This document shows positions 36,801 to 51,391 of a DNA stretch of 64,000 bases, piece after piece. Source of the DNA: Lepidodermella squamata (taxonomy: Eukaryota > Animalia > Gastrotricha); contig JBLDXI010000009.1 in the NCBI GenBank assembly GCA_047495785.1, positions 1,054,001-1,118,000 of the forward strand, given 5' to 3'. How positions within the stretch are numbered: position 1 is the first letter of the stretch; every line of letters begins with the position of its first letter. A model generated the notes under the pieces. It searched no databases and was not told where the DNA came from. It saw only the letters and a program-made list of their open reading frames with translations. The translations under genes were made by a program, and so were the position numbers.

Positions 36801-39800
36801 GGCGCCTTCCAAGCCAGTCTTGGTATTGGCGGTACGAACTTCGGAAATCTTCATGTTGTAGTAAGTCTCGTACTCGGCCTTCATCGACGTCATACGGCTA
36901 TCGTATTCGGTCTGAATGTCACGAATAGCCTGGGCCAGTTCGTTGCGCCAGTATTCGCGGTTCTCTGGTGTCGAGTCGCGGTAGGCCAATGCAGCCAAAT
37001 CCTTCATCTCTTGTTCGTGGACGTTGCGCATGAACTCGAGCTCCTCCTCCAAAGTCTGGCGACGGTTCTCGGCGTCGATGTGGTTAAGAGTCTCCGCATC
37101 AAGGTCGAACTTCAGCTTAATAATCTCTTGCTGCAGACGAGAAATCTCCTTGCGGTCTCTTTCGCGATCGTCTTCCAACATGCCAAGGCGGCGCTTCAAC
37201 AACGCGATCTCAGCTTCGTAGTCGCTGAGTTGCTGTTGCTGTTGGATGACAGTTTCCCGGTCCTGATTGCGGAGACGAGTCATCTCCTCAAGGCGGCGCT
37301 TCAAGTCATTCAACTCATCTTCGAGCGAATGGAGGCGAATCTCAAGTTGGGCCTTCTCTTTTTCCGTGCGATCAATCAGCTCACGGGCTTCCTTCAACTC
37401 GCCCTCGTACATGTCCTTAATCCGGGAGGAATCCTTGCCCCATCGATCTTTCAACAGCTCAAGCTCGTTGGCCAACTTGCGGTTCTGAGCCTCGAGGAAT
37501 CGGACCTTTTCGATGTAATTTGCGAGGCGTTCGTTAAGATCTTGCATATCCTTCTTTTCCTTCTCGCGCTCGCTTTTCACCGCAGTTGCGTCGTGATTAG
37601 CAAGAGTACTGTAAGAAGCTGGCGTCAGACCGCTGCTAATCTCAACGGTTCGCTGGTAGCTAACGCCACCACCACCATGATGCCCACCCAGCATTGTAGT
37701 TCGCGAGCTGCTAGGCAACGGCGTGGCTGTCGATCGAGTGATGATAGTAGTCGATCGTGGCGAGATAAACGACCTGTATGAAGGATCTTCAATCTGGGTC
37801 GTACGAACTGCCGAAGCCTTGACGGTCACACCGTCATCATGCGTCTTCTCGGTGTTCGTGCGCAGCATGGAAGAGCCGGATGGCGTTTGGCTACGCGACG
37901 ACGGCTGGTCGCTTCGGTCCTTGCTGGACCCGATGCGGATCTCGGCACCGGACGATGACAGATTCGCTGAGGCCATAGGTCTGTCACTACCTCCTGATAA
38001 TCGACTGTTGATATTGCTGATGGCAGAACGCTGTTGAGCAGCTCCTGCTACACCTGTTAGTTGCGGGGATTTGTTACCCGAAGAGTTCGAGGAAGCTGTT
38101 GATAATGGCCTATACAAGTTTCAAAAACAAACGAAACAAAGTTATAATATATTCAGACCATAAGTTAAGTTATACGATGAGTTAATTGAAACAAGGCCGG
38201 ATAATGTTTTAATTGCACTCGGAAAATGGTATCAGTACCACGTAAGAGGAAAGCGTTGAGATAGCAAGACTGATGACGATGTTACTAATTGAAGTTGTCG
38301 CAAAACAAACGCGAGCGGCACGTTTGACAATAATAATAGTGTGGTTCGTGTTATGAGCGGAGATGAGCGCTGACCAGAAAATAACGAACGCTAAGAAACT
38401 GCGAAGAAAATAATTTCGCGAATGCCAACAAAAGTGTGTCGCTCCATATAAAGCGTTGCGAGATGAGTAAGTAACAAATAAGCTCATGTAAAACATCGCC
38501 GATATGATATTCTCGAGCCACGCATTTGTTGTGGAAAGGTGACCAGTACTCAGGTTTAATAAAGAAAAAGTCGCCCCACATCATGAAGCTCACGTTTCAC
38601 TCGTTTGTAACTGAGCCGCCTCGCGTTTTGGCTCGAGGTCGGCGTTTAGCGCAAACTTTCTTCGCCATCAGCCTTGATGCGGCGATGAAGAGATATACGA
38701 GTGTTGATGAAGAAATTAATGTTATTTGTCGTGCGATCTCATCGCTGGTGTTGAATATAGTTATATACTATATCATATAGCACCCACGAACAATCATCGC
38801 TGCAGGTTAACGTTATCATATTATATTCTTCACCTGCACCAGTACTATTCTTCCCGACCATTGGTGCTGCTATACTACTTATTATTTGTATATCTATGTA
38901 TACATTGAAATTTTATAGTGCAAAATGATGAAAGGAGCGAGTGTAGAAAAAACGTAAACATAGGTTTTGTCATGACAACGTGTCACGTTTCGAATAATAT
39001 ATTGTTATTATTACGAGCAAGCGGCGCGTGGACGTTGATTCAGGAGGTTATATTATAACTGCTGGGGGCAGTGAAAACTTCGAAAAAAGGAGAGAGTTTG
39101 GGCAACGCGCGCGGTACTTTGCCGGTAATATATGCGCAAAAATTTGAAGTGAATAAGTATACCTACATCCAAAAACAACAAACTGTATGTAGAATAATAA
39201 CAAAACAACAGCTCAAGGGCTTTAGTATATCTACCGCTTTGGAGAAACTCTTTAAATATATAAATGCATATAAGCGCAAAAAATGCGAATTGCTCCACGC
39301 TTGGGATGGGAGCAGTTGTATTCATGTTCCTTGAGTTGACACATGACAACATAACTCGCAAGCACCTATCCACGACGCGTACACGCCGACTCATCGGCCC
39401 CGGTCGACGAAGTAAAAACCTTTGCTACATATGAAGTGGTTATACGCTCGGTACGCGGCAAGTGATTGTTTGATGTTGGCGCAAAAATTGAAGGCGAAAG
39501 CTTTGAGCAGGTGAGACAAATACGCGCACATGACGTTGGTATTATATCAAAATAAACAAATTTACATTGTTTATTTTCGAGTATATCAAAACCATCGGGC
39601 TTGATCCTTGTATTAGTTCAATGAGGGGCGCGACGGTAAAAAGTGAGCTGACGGCGGTCAGGTTTGCGTTCAAGCCATTATGCGATGTATTATTTGTCAT
39701 TGTTTATCGACAGAGTGTTAAGCTGTTTTCAATTTTTTATTTTACTAGAAGGGCTGAGTGAATTGCATGAAGGCGCGAGATGGCGCTATACTTTGCTACT

Positions 39801-42619
39801 GAACAATCGCTAACAGAACCATGATAATACAACGCCCTGGCGGTGATGGGGTCTGAGCGCGCCAATAACAAGCAAGAAATAAGCGCGCGAACAGCAGGTT
39901 AATGCCATGCCGGTGTAGTGATAATGGGCTTATCTCGAGTGCCAGTCACCACCTTAAACGTTTTTCTTTCTTCCAAGGTGGCAATTTTTTCATAAGGTGC
40001 TGTGAGGCCCGCTGCGCTCGAGTTCAAGTAGCAAAAAAGCGACAGTGACTCAGCGCGAGCCGGAGGTTGAGTTTACAACAAAAAGCTAATAACGATGCTA
40101 CTGTCTCGACTGCTTCTGCTCGGGGATATATGCCAACTTGGAGCGTAATATAACTTTATTAGCTCTCTGTTTTTATTGAAGGTGACACCCACGCGCGCAA
40201 CACCCGCTGTTCCAAGTTTTAGTAATGTATGTTGAAATCGGAAGCGAAATGCTGAAAGATGAAGTGGAAGAATCAAAGTTGAAAAGTGTTCAACTATACG
40301 TGTGCTCTATGCGTAGGTGGGCGCGAAAGTGACATTTTTTCAAAGTCAAAGTCGGTTCTCACGCAAAGCACGAAGCGGCGCAAGTTTGCGCTCGAAGAAA
40401 TATTGATTGTTGTGCATTCTCAGGGGTATATAACGCGACTCGTGTTCAGCAACCTCGATGATAACAACAGAGAAAAAGCAATGCGATCGCACAAGCAAGA
40501 CGCTAGTGTGTGAGCAACTATTGTTTTGAAATTGAATAATTCTCTGAAAATCGAAGGCCGCCAGGTTTTAGCATTATTTTTGCTTGAGACAGTTATATTG
40601 TGCAAGCGAATTGGCTTTATCGCTGCTGCCGAAGACGTTCATTCAATAATTAATATTCCAGCACGCCTGTTCGCCGGCTGAAATTTCTCGCCACACTACG
40701 TTGTTTTAAATGGCAGATATAATTTATATGAGATTAACATGCAGGTAAGGTTATATAACGAAGAAAAACAAGAAATAATCACAACGATATATTGTGCATA
40801 ATTTATAGTCTGCGAAACGCTTTGAGCTAGTTTGTTATTGTTGTTTTCTAGGCCAGTTATTCGGCAACAAGAGAAGAAAATGTCTCAATTGCGTTTTTCG
40901 GAAATCGTTATAGCTTGCTCCAGGGGAGTTTCCCAGCCGGAAGGGACGCCCTAATATCATTAGCACCTAAATAGCGCAGGTGAGGGGAAACAGCAGCATA
41001 AAAATGTATAGTAAATATTAGGATAATTACTGAGTATGAATCTACTAGAAAATCTGCAATAAAGTTTTCATAAACCAAGGAGGATGAAAAAAACTGAAAT
41101 GAAATGAATCCCATGGCGTGTTGTTATACGAGGCGCATCGTCATCGGCGTTAGTAATAAAATGATTAGCTATGAGTATTCCGCAAAAATGCGGTCGCGCG
41201 CCTTTATTGAACCATAACGCCTGGGAAAAATTGGTGGTTTTCGAAAAAACTCGTGCTGACTAAACGGCTGGGAGAGCCAACAGTAAAACGATAGGAAAAG
41301 TGACAAAGCCTTATGCCGGTGACGAATAGCATGAGAATGGCAAATGACACTTTCATAAAAAAAATGTTATATCAGCACGGCACGTGTTACCAGAGCCGTA
41401 TAGTTGATGGAGATTGCGGTGTTACTAAGTTAAAAATTGGCTGCCTTCATGTTTTGAGGCATGTGGCCGTCAAAAGAAGCCCATCGGTTATGTAACTGTT
41501 ATTATTTGTCACACGGCGCCATTTCTGTTTGATTAACGCTCCGTGCTCATCTTTCCAGGTCACACGGCGCGACCCTACCCAAAACGCGTGAAGCGCAAAG
41601 AACTATGCTAGACATAAGCGCATCATAACAGATCGACGCAACGGCATCTACCGTGTCCTACTCGGCTAGCGCGAAAAATGCAGCTATATGGCGATGACTC
41701 GAAGCCAAAAACAGCGACAAAAACACCGCCGAAAAAACACACACCAAGACGGGTGCAACAGCGATGATGCATCATCACACGGTCAATATAAATAAAATGA
41801 TATTGCTGCAAAGGAGTATCTGTATAGGTGATGAATAATGCCGACAGGAATCCTACCTGCGCATTATCACCTACCGCTCTATGGTGGGAATTTCTGTGTA
41901 AATAATCCTTTTTTACGTCTTGCCGCTGCCTCTCAAAAGGAAATCAAAAGAAAATGACAAACTGCGTAAAAATTTAGGATGACACTATTAAACCGAGAGC
42001 AAATACCGAAGTCATGAAAAACTTCCTTCTGACGCTTCGAACTTATAAAAATATGCGCCGAAACCCCGCTTTAGTAAAAACTATCAAGTTAAGATTCAGG
42101 AGCTGGAGATTCGAGAAAATTTTCCTTGAATTGAGAACAGAGTGGAACCCTCATTTCCACCATGTTACTATGAAGTTGGATTCCAACTGCACATACTAAT
42201 ACTATTCATCAAATGCACACGTACCAATAGTCACTGCGGAACGTCGTGTTTAGTGCATTATTTCCGAAAGCTACCCGGTAAGGTCATTAAAAAACATCGC
42301 TCTCGTAAAAGCTCATTGATACCTGAAAACTTCCAGTTTCAGCCGTAGACTAGGTCTATGGTCTGCCAGTTTAGTAATTCAGAAGCTAGTAAAGTACTAG
42401 TATTTTCATGAAATTCGAAGAAAAAGAATAAGATGATGAAAATACCGAAGCTATCAGGTGAAGTTATTCAAATATGATAATAACTTTTTCAACAACATCA
42501 CCGGTCTTCTTATGTTTCGGTTGTAGGGAATGTGAGATGGATAAACACACACACAAGCCAATCTTAAAACCCCATCATTGAAAAAAAACTCCAAACCTTA
42601 TCTCGACCTTTCGCTGCAT
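33890..42619 (-). CDS. Cytoplasmic intermediate filament protein (protostome neurofilament NF70-like; rod plus lamin-tail domain, no CaaX)
   Basis: Coil 1A EKKDMQDLNERLANYIEKVRFLEAQN; rod end LELEIAAYRRLLEGEE; lamin-tail KTTYQRSAKGPITIGEVSAEGKFISLEN...WGVG...ERATH. Inferred first coding exon MQRKVEI(R) at 42619-42597 joins in phase to the acceptor at 38110. Confidence 0.88.
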
Positions 42620-42649
42620 TGCTGCTAATTCAATATTCACAATTCATCA

Positions 42650-42690
42650 TGAATTGATGTAGAAGTATAAGACAGACAGAGTTTTTATAG
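42650..42690 (-). promoter_or_regulatory. TATA box and initiator upstream of the inferred first exon of the intermediate filament gene
   Basis: Minus-strand TATAAAAA at 42689-42682, CATCAATT Inr-like sequence ~30 nt downstream, ATG at 42619. Confidence 0.45.
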
Positions 42691-44035
42691 GGTTTAGTTA
42701 TTAGGTTAACGGCTCATATCATATAGGAAGTTTGATGTTCCAAGCGAAAGCAAAAAACTTTGAAAAAAGATTTTCAAAAACTTACATCGCTCTGCTTGGC
42801 TATACCAGATTATTTTCTCGCTCATAAACCGCACAAAAGAACCTAAAAAAGATGTCAGAGGCTGAAACACAAGTCGCTTGTGGTTGCAGGTATCACGAAT
42901 AGCAAACAAAACACGCTGAAACTCTTAATAAAGGCAAACTGGTGTAGCCTTTCGTATCGCATGTATAGAGTGATTCATCGCTTCACGAGCCCTGGATCCT
43001 ATGCCGTCAGAGAACATAATAGCCGCAAAGCACCAACAATTTGGCCTAATAAGTTGTAAAACATTAAGCCTGTTCTATAACGCTGCAGGGTGACACTTCT
43101 CTGCGCTCTAGCTATCATTCGCCCCGATTTCTCATTGAATAAAGAAATTATAGTTTCGGCAGTGGGTAATATATTGATATTTAGCGGGGCAAGTAGTAAC
43201 GGTAGATTTGTCAAAGAAAACTTAATTAAAAAAGTTTCAAGACCGGTTCAAGTTATGTTATACATCTGGATAACGTGAATAGCGTTTCCCGAGAACGGCT
43301 ATTAATTTCACGCTGACAGAAAAATAAATGGAGACTCTATTCGGCATTTATTCTGCACTCGCTTCGATGTGCGCTAAAAAAAATGAAATTGAAGAGAGCG
43401 CATCAGCGACAAATGCCAAGGTCAGTCAACACGGCGCCGCTGTCTCTATACCGCGTAAATCGTGTCAGCCCGTTCAAATAATGAAAGGCAGAGAGTCGTC
43501 TCTCTCTCTTAAATTAGCCAGTGTGGAAAAATTACTCCTAGGTATTTGCTTTGCGAACGGTTCACTGAGATTATGGCGACAATAAACTGCATTAAGAAAA
43601 GATAAAACAACTCTATTACCATGTCGCAGAAAATGTTTATTTTTTCGTTCGATGGCAATTGACAAAGCTGAATGTACTGACGATGTTACACTCGAATAAA
43701 CAAGCCATGTGTCTTGAGAGACAGATGCCAAACGCTAGATATACCCGACCTGTTTTGCTATTATCCTGAACTCAATTAGTCATTTTTTAGATAATATAGC
43801 AATAACAAACAAGACTGACTTTTTAGCCAGAATGGGATCACAGATAAATTAGGATCGATTTTATTTTCTATTGATAAATATAGCAAATCTTCCCAATTTA
43901 AGACTGACGTTAATTATTAGGCATCCAATTGCACGTGGAAAACAAAAGCACACAGATCACGCAAAAATTTTATAACAACATCATAATGGCATCGTTGAAC
44001 TGCAGTACAATATAAATTATCATGTTCTGTTTTTT

Positions 44036-46377
44036 TTAAATATCGTCGAATAGATTTCGAGACGATGGAATGTGTTGCTGGCCTGTGTTCGTCGGCTGCG
44101 GTCGCCCAAAGCCGCCTTGCGTGTAGACCGGTGGGTCAGCTGGTCCGCTCAGAAGCTGAGATCGATCGCTAGGATGAGCGGGCAGGCTACTAGCGCCGGG
44201 AAACGAGTTTAGATAAGGATCAGGAAGACTCGGAACGCTGCCAAAATTGTCGTTCGACGAATTAACCCCACCGGGTGGCATGTAATTGCGCCGTTGCCTG
44301 GCACTGATATCAGTATTAGAAGATGAAGCTCCGGCCTCACCTCCGTCACCCCGCGGATAAACCCCAAGGTTTTCCAGCTCTTTGCGCCGTTCGTCGCGCC
44401 TAGCTGCTCGATCGAGGTAACCGCGTTCACGAGCAATCAGCTGCCTGCCCTCTTCAATTAGTTCATTTGTCATGTCGTCCTCGCCAATGAACTGCTGGAA
44501 TCCGAGTGCGTGCAAAATCCTGGAGCCAATGCTGAAAATTGTGCAAAAGCACAGAATAAGAATCGCCATCGGGAAATAGATATTGAAGCCGGAAGATATG
44601 AATGACAGAAGTTGGAGGCGACCCATAATTTGACTGTATGCAGTCTCTGCTGTCATGTTTTTGTTGACGCCTCGCTCGAGATGAATCAGACTAAGGTAAT
44701 TCAAACAAAGAGCTGGCGTGAATCGACACAACAGCCTAGGCAAATAAATCAATAAAAAATCCAGAAAATTTCGGAATCCGGATACACTTACATTCCTGAG
44801 AAAATCAGGCTGTTTTCATCGGTATTGTGATAAGGTGATAAGTGATAATAACTCAAAATCCTGACTTTGAATATGGTGTAATACGCGCAGATTGATAGGT
44901 ATGCCACTGTGAAAGCCGTCAATAGCTCCAAAGTGACAAATGCGTGGCTTTGCTGAGCCTGGTCCATAAAAATTGCGTATAGCGATAGAACCGGATCCGG
45001 GCACCAGAAAACAACTTCAGACCAGACGACGAAAAGCGAACACACCGCTAGAATACAAGCCAAAAGACGGAAGAGCCAAGGTTGGAACAGACAGCGCCAA
45101 TACCATTCAACGCCAGGAGTGCAAATTATTTTGAAAAATCCTTTCCGAATTCCCGTAGTTCTGTGGAAGAAGCCAGTTGTGGCAATACTGTTGACCGTAT
45201 CTTCGTATTTCATTGATTTTGCCACTGAGGCTGTCCAACGAGTGCTAGCCATGGAATATTTGTGTAGGTTTTGTTTCAACTTTTTATGAAGCTTTGCGAG
45301 TGATTTCATCGAAATATCGCCCAGAAGATCGACGTCGGCAGAAGAATCATCTCGACCACTTCTACCTGAGCCACCTCGTCGGTTCATTCGAGTAGAGATC
45401 GACTCTGGTAATTTTTCCAACATTATCGTGATGTACGGCTTAAACTCGGGATGATTAGCGTTGACTGTTACTGAAGTTCGCTTGATTATTTCCGCAATTT
45501 CCGTCAAATTGTCTTCCGCATCGCTCCTATAAATGCACAATGTAGTGAGAAATTATTGATTGGGGAAGGTTCTTACTTTTCTAGGCTAAGCTTTGCCACT
45601 TTGAAATAAGCCTCCTTAAGCAGAGTGCGAACATCGCCTCTTCGCCAGCAGACTCGAGGAACTTCGACCAATCCGTAGCCAAGCAAGAAAACCAAACAAA
45701 ATAGACCCCACGTGTTCGAAGCGGTCACGGCGATGGTGTAGAGACTAGGGCCGTTTATTTCCACGTGCTTGGCAACTAATACAATGAGGAAAATGCCGGC
45801 AAGCAACAAATAAGAACCGTAGTACAACGCGTTGGAAATAATGGCAGTTTTGATTCGGCCCAACACGGTGAAATCGCCAGCGTTTGCGTACGACTGCATC
45901 AACGGCAACACAAGCCAGGTAAGTGCCTGACAAGACCAGTAGACTACTTGCCACAGCACGTATAGAACGTTTTCATCCGCCCCAATAAGAGGTTCCGAAC
46001 AATCAGGATTTACCGGGGTTACCGGGGTTGTTGCGTTAGATGAATCATTGGCAAGGTTTTTCGACGGGCCAACCGTCGTAACAACTAGCGCGGAATGAGA
46101 CTGATTTAGCTTCGATCCATTCGCATTCAAGCATTGTCGGTAATAAGTCTGCGATAAAAAAAATTGATAAACACGCTCACTTCAACAAAAAACGTCAACT
46201 TACATTAGATACATCAAGTGGTAGAACAAATAAAATTAGAAAGCAGAAGTACCAGGCGATATAGGTGACTACAAGAACCACAATGTGATTGCGCCGGATG
46301 TTGATGTACCGCGACAAGAATAAAAAAGCGACAACAGAGACGGCAACCAAGTCGAGGACAAAAGAAACCACATTCAT
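44036..46377 (-). CDS. LMBRD2: LMBR1 domain-containing protein 2
   Basis: WYFCFLILFVLPLDVS; LWQVVYWSCQALTWLVLPLMQSY; ASNTWGLFCLVFLLGYGLVEVPR; LLCRFTPALCLNYL; GFNIYFP; EEGRQLI. Four exons. Confidence 0.93.
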
Positions 46378-47821
46378 TTCAATGTCTTCGATAATATCCT
46401 AAGAAAAACATATTTAATTACTTCACAATTTCAATAACAAATTCGTCAGTTTATTTTTCGAACAAAACGGCATCAGTGATTTTATGCTTCTTCATGTTGT
46501 TTGCATGTTGTTTGTTTTTGATAAGAAATACATTTCAATCTAATCCATTTTTGATAAGCAGGTCATCGATTGCGGCCGCAAATTATTACCAACATTTCAG
46601 AATTCCCAAAAATGACGGATTCGTCAGACAGTTACCGAACTCATCAGATAAGAGAAAAGATCAAAGAGACAAAGTTAAAACACATTGTTTCGAGGAAACT
46701 ATGAAAAAGGTCAAACGAAGAGGTTTTTTAGTCAGATGTAAGGAAATTATTACAAATGTACAAGTTTAAAATCCTTGGTGAAGAAATAGAATATTATTAT
46801 TCAATCATCTGTTACCGTTGCCATCGTTTAACATGCAAAGACTATACGGCTTGTGGCGTGCAAACTATTTCGATTTCCCATCACATGCATTTTCGATAAT
46901 ATCATGTTATACACCGAATAACAAAGCCGTGTACAGCCGGGTGTAGTTTTGGTAATATATCTATATATTTAGAAGTGAAACAAATAACAATATAGTTTTT
47001 ATCATTATTTTTTGTTATTCTGGAGGCAGAAAGGTAATATTAATATTATTTAAAAATCACAGGTGCCAACACAGTTAATGGGGCGTATGAAGCCAGCCGC
47101 ACATTGAATCGTATCATCTATCAGAATCAACACAATGAAAGGTGCAAAGAAAAATTGAGGACAGGAAAGAGAATTTGCGAAAGAAAGAGCGCGCCGGAAA
47201 AACTACGAAGCATCTAATCCCAACTAAAACTATTTTTAAATGATAATATAATTCTCTCGAGACAGTAAGCGTATGAACAAATAACACGAAAATCAAGCGC
47301 AAGAATAGCTCTTTGAGAGATTATAAGAGATTGAAGACATCACCAGATGCTTGTTTAATTAATACAAGTGCCGCAGTAATCCACATTCCACAGCAAAAAT
47401 AACAATCGTCTTGCTCACAGCTGAGACAGGTCGATCATCAAGTGCAGATAATAGTGAGACGAGATCTTGGTGGCAATATAATTGATAGGCTCAGAAAAAT
47501 GACCAGAAGCTGACCCGGAAACATGATACAAAAATGGACGCTTATCGTGAAGACTGCTGCTGCAACTAAGCTACCATCTACGGCCCGTTGTATTGCAGAC
47601 AGACTACGTACGTTTAGTTAATGAGATATCAACGTTTCATGTGATTGAAAATATCATCAAGAAGATGCGTCATGGCCGACCTTGAGCAGTGTGAGTCTAA
47701 GAATGCGCATCACATCGAACAGCTTTACTTATCCTTCACATGCAGCAAGATATTGCAAAAAAGAAGGTTGCTAGTTGGGGAATAAAAAACCGAAATCTAC
47801 TCGCGATTCGAATGACGCAGC

Positions 47822-50450
47822 TCATTTTCTTTTGCCGGCAGCGGCAGCAGCAGTTTGCTGACTGGACTTGGTCTTTTTGACGACCACTTGCTTCGATATT
47901 TCCTCCTCTTTGCACAATTCATTTTGGTAATCACGCAGACGATCGGCCAAACGCTGCAGTGCAGCCTGTTGCTTTACTACCGCTGCGATGGAGCGAGATG
48001 CGAACGCCTCTTGGTCGAAATCGACCGCCCGGGTCGCACGAAACAGCTGTTCAATTTCGCGTTGAAAATTAACATTGGCTTCCATCAACGTTTTCATCTC
48101 ATCAGTAGCCGCTTCCTCGGCTTCGGCGCAGTGATCAACAGCCTCGTGAACGGCGAGAAAATCTTCATCCATTTCAGCAGCGTTTTGGGTTCTCAGCATC
48201 ATCAAATCATGGTTTTGAGGAGAATTCGGGATACCATAACCTTCATTATTATTTTCATAATTTCCGAGAGATTGATCTGCGTAGCCTTGCTGTTGGTCGA
48301 GCGGGTCAGAGGGTCCCAACTCTTTAACACGGTCAGCGTAACGAAGGGTATTGAGCGAATGCTCACAACACGACATTCCTGGGCTGATGGTCGCAATCAT
48401 GCAAGTTTTCGACCGCTCGCCAATGAACGAATCGCGTAAAACTTGCGTCAGTTTACTTGCTCGGAATGGTAAGTGACCACCTGGGCGACCAAGGGCACGG
48501 ATACATTCTTTAAGAGCCAACAAACTTTTGTTAATTTCAGCGCCTTCAAGACGGGTACGCCGGTCTGAAGACATGGTGTCCGCTCCCCGTTCGTTACCTG
48601 CGAGATCGATGAGCGAAAATTTTCCATACAGCGCTCCAGTTGGGCGCTTTCGCAGGACGATTTGGAACACGGCATGCGAACGCGAGGAATGGACGTTCGC
48701 TGAAGTTTGCCCGCTGGTTCTGACCATATTGCCTTGTTGAATGAGCCTGATTACGTCTTCTACGCACTGAACCCGCTCCTCGCTTAGTCCAACGACTTGG
48801 ACAACGCCTCGGGCGTCTTCAAGAACGCGAAGCTTCTCCTTCTCACGCAACAGATCATACACTTTTCCGGAATAAATTTCAAAAAACGAAACGCTGATAT
48901 CAACGTCTACCGGGCATTTGTTACTTTTCTGAAGAGCGAAAACATCACGAGCCGATAGAATGTAAATGCCATTAGTGCAATCTTGCACGCCAGTTTTACC
49001 AGGCTGAAACTGGCCACCCATGGTGTGTGTCTTGCCACTACCTGTTTGGCCGTAAGCGAAACAAGTGGCCATTCCTCCCATAAATACAGATTCAACAAGA
49101 GGGCGAGCAGTGAATTTGTACACACATTCGTTATCGGCTGTTTCATCGAAAGAGTAGTCGAACCGAAATGTTTGGTTTTCCAAATATTTGGTCAAATCGA
49201 CCTTGGTTTTGGGCTCGTGTACAATCACGGTATCACGAGTCGGAAGGGTAATGACATCAATGTCTTTCTTCGAAACCTCTTTGGGATTCATTGGACGTTT
49301 CCTGACGCAAACGCAAATTTGGTGATCCTGCACAACGTCAGCGTTCGTCAGCGGGTGGTAGTCCAGCCGTGACTGGAACTCTCTTATCATGCGCAGAAAC
49401 TCCCAGTTTGGATTTGACCGGTCAAACTCGGCGTCCATTTGCTTTCTATTTGCTTCTTGTTGTGCTCGTCGTTCTTCACGGCGTTTGGCTATTTTTTCAA
49501 TTTCACTGACGACACTAGACTTTGAGGCGGGAACTGCAGCTGCAGCGGCTGCAGCGGCCGCCGCTGCGGCAGCAGCCTGTTGGGCAGCAGCCGGAGCAGG
49601 AACTTCGGCCCCTCCCAACACATTCGATTTTCGGCCACGATTCTGCGAAGCTGCCTTTGTTCTTTTGTCGTAAGCAGCTTCGACTCCTTCCATAGGCACA
49701 ACGCTTGCCACGGCACTCTGAGGCTGCTGAACTGGAGGATTAAATGCCATTTCTTGTTCAATAATGGGCTGCACTTGAGGAATTCCAGAATATTGGTTGG
49801 TAGAGTCGGATGGCTGCTTGTTTCCGACGATTCCCGTTTTCCTAGGTTGCTGACGCGTTTGCTCTTTAAAAATCGAGATCCCAAATATAGGTTTCATTCA
49901 GTCAACCATGCTACTTACGTCTATTCATCTGTGGCGGCGGTGGCTTCATGGAGGTGGCAGTAATTGCTCTTGCTGACGAAATTTCCTGGGGTTGTTGGCC
50001 ACCAGCCAGAACGCGCCGCTCTCTGGCAGAAACTTCGCCACTTCCATTTACACCGGAAGCTGGAACATCGGCACGACCGTTAGGATGCTGGTTTTGTGCC
50101 GCAGACGCCGCAGTGCTAGCTGCCACGTTGGCTATGAGCTCTCGAAGATATTGATTTAGCTGTAAAATAACTCCAAATTCCACCTGTAAATCAGGAATTT
50201 ACATGTTGCAAGAATACTCATGGAATCACGCAATTACTTCTTTGCCCTTAGTTTCGCCTTTTTCAAACCATTCTACACTAGCGGATTTCGCATCCATGTT
50301 GACACCACTAATAACAGCAGAGTGGATACGACCTACGAAAAAGTCAGAACATGGCGCATCATGGAATGGACAGTTCTACTTACCATCGCTTCGCTGAATA
50401 TCAATTTTCATCCCCTCTTTAAGGACAGCAGAGAGACCACCTGAATCCAT
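47822..50450 (-). CDS. KIF2A: Kinesin-13 (KIF2A/MCAK-like) microtubule depolymerase
   Basis: N-terminal IQRSDGRIHSA...VEWFEKGETKGKE, KVDLTKY, GQTGSGKT, SSRSHA, DLAGNER, KECIRAL. ATG at 50450, three short introns. Confidence 0.95.
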
Positions 50451-51353
50451 GACTTACGAGTCTAAGCAATAATCATCAATAAATAAGGTCTAATAATAAA
50501 TAAGTGGGCAGCAACACATTACAACCAAGCTTTGAAAGGCATGTTCAATCAGTCTTACCTAAATCAATAAAACAACCAATACAACTTCAAACTTCAACAA
50601 AGCATCAGGAAATCTGGTTTTCAATTTTCAATATTGATTCAGATTCAGCAATCAGCCATGGAAACAGCAGGAAAAGATAGAAAGCGGGTAGGATTTATCC
50701 ATTCATAGCTACGAAACAAAGGTAGAAGGTAGAAGGAGAACCGAATGGAGAATGGAGTCGGGTAGCCGTTAGTTCAAAGGTCCCTTAAACCGTACAACCT
50801 TTTGCGGAGCTAAAAAAGAGCAGGGCGCGGTTAATGAGAGGGCTAATGATTAATAAATAATATCTTTTAAAAAATAAAAGAACATTTTGATTAACAAAAG
50901 TTATTTTTGTTTTATATAATAGAACTATTTATTAGGTTAGGGTAATAATATTGCCGCATGAGAATTAAATTTTGGACCAAAATTGTTCGGGTACGACGGT
51001 GTGAGCTGTGAGGTGTGAGGGAGTGTGACATCTGGATACCACTATGATCATCTGCCACACAGTACCGACTAACAAGGAGCAACCAGTCACGTTCCGATCG
51101 CAAAAAAACTGTTCGGTGTATTCGGCTGTCCGCAGCGCCGCGGAGAAGCTCCCAAACTGCGTACCATTTAGTTCCTTTCCCGAGTCCAAAATTATAGAAG
51201 CAATCAATTTGTCCAAGCGTGTAGCTGTAGGAGAACATGCAACCCAAAATGTTAACAGCATGCAACATGTATCGTTCACCTCTGCAACTCTTCTGCGACT
51301 CTATAGCACCATTATAAGGATATTGGAATTTGGCATATCTTACCTATTGTCTT

Positions 51354-51391
51354 ACGCTGCGCTTGGCAGCGTGGCGTAATGGGCAGGTCCC
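51354..51391 (-). repeat. 3' subterminal inverted repeat plus terminal hairpin of the Helentron
   Basis: Hairpin ACGCTGC-gcttg-GCAGCGT (51354-51372) next to TGGGCAGGTCCC (51380-51391). Confidence 0.8.

Noticed and set aside
37011-37781. Long plus-strand ORFs antisense to the filament, KIF2 (47855-48439) and LMX1 exons
   Set aside because: Shadow ORFs explained by GC-rich codon bias of the real genes; no motifs.
39365-39410. CCGATGAG hammerhead-like motif on the minus strand
   Set aside because: Core deviates from CUGA and there is no GAAA.
50777-50843. GC-rich imperfect stem sharing AGGTCCC with the Helentron repeat; possible end of the outer element
   Set aside because: Only a 7-bp match, weak pairing, and no partner end in the window.
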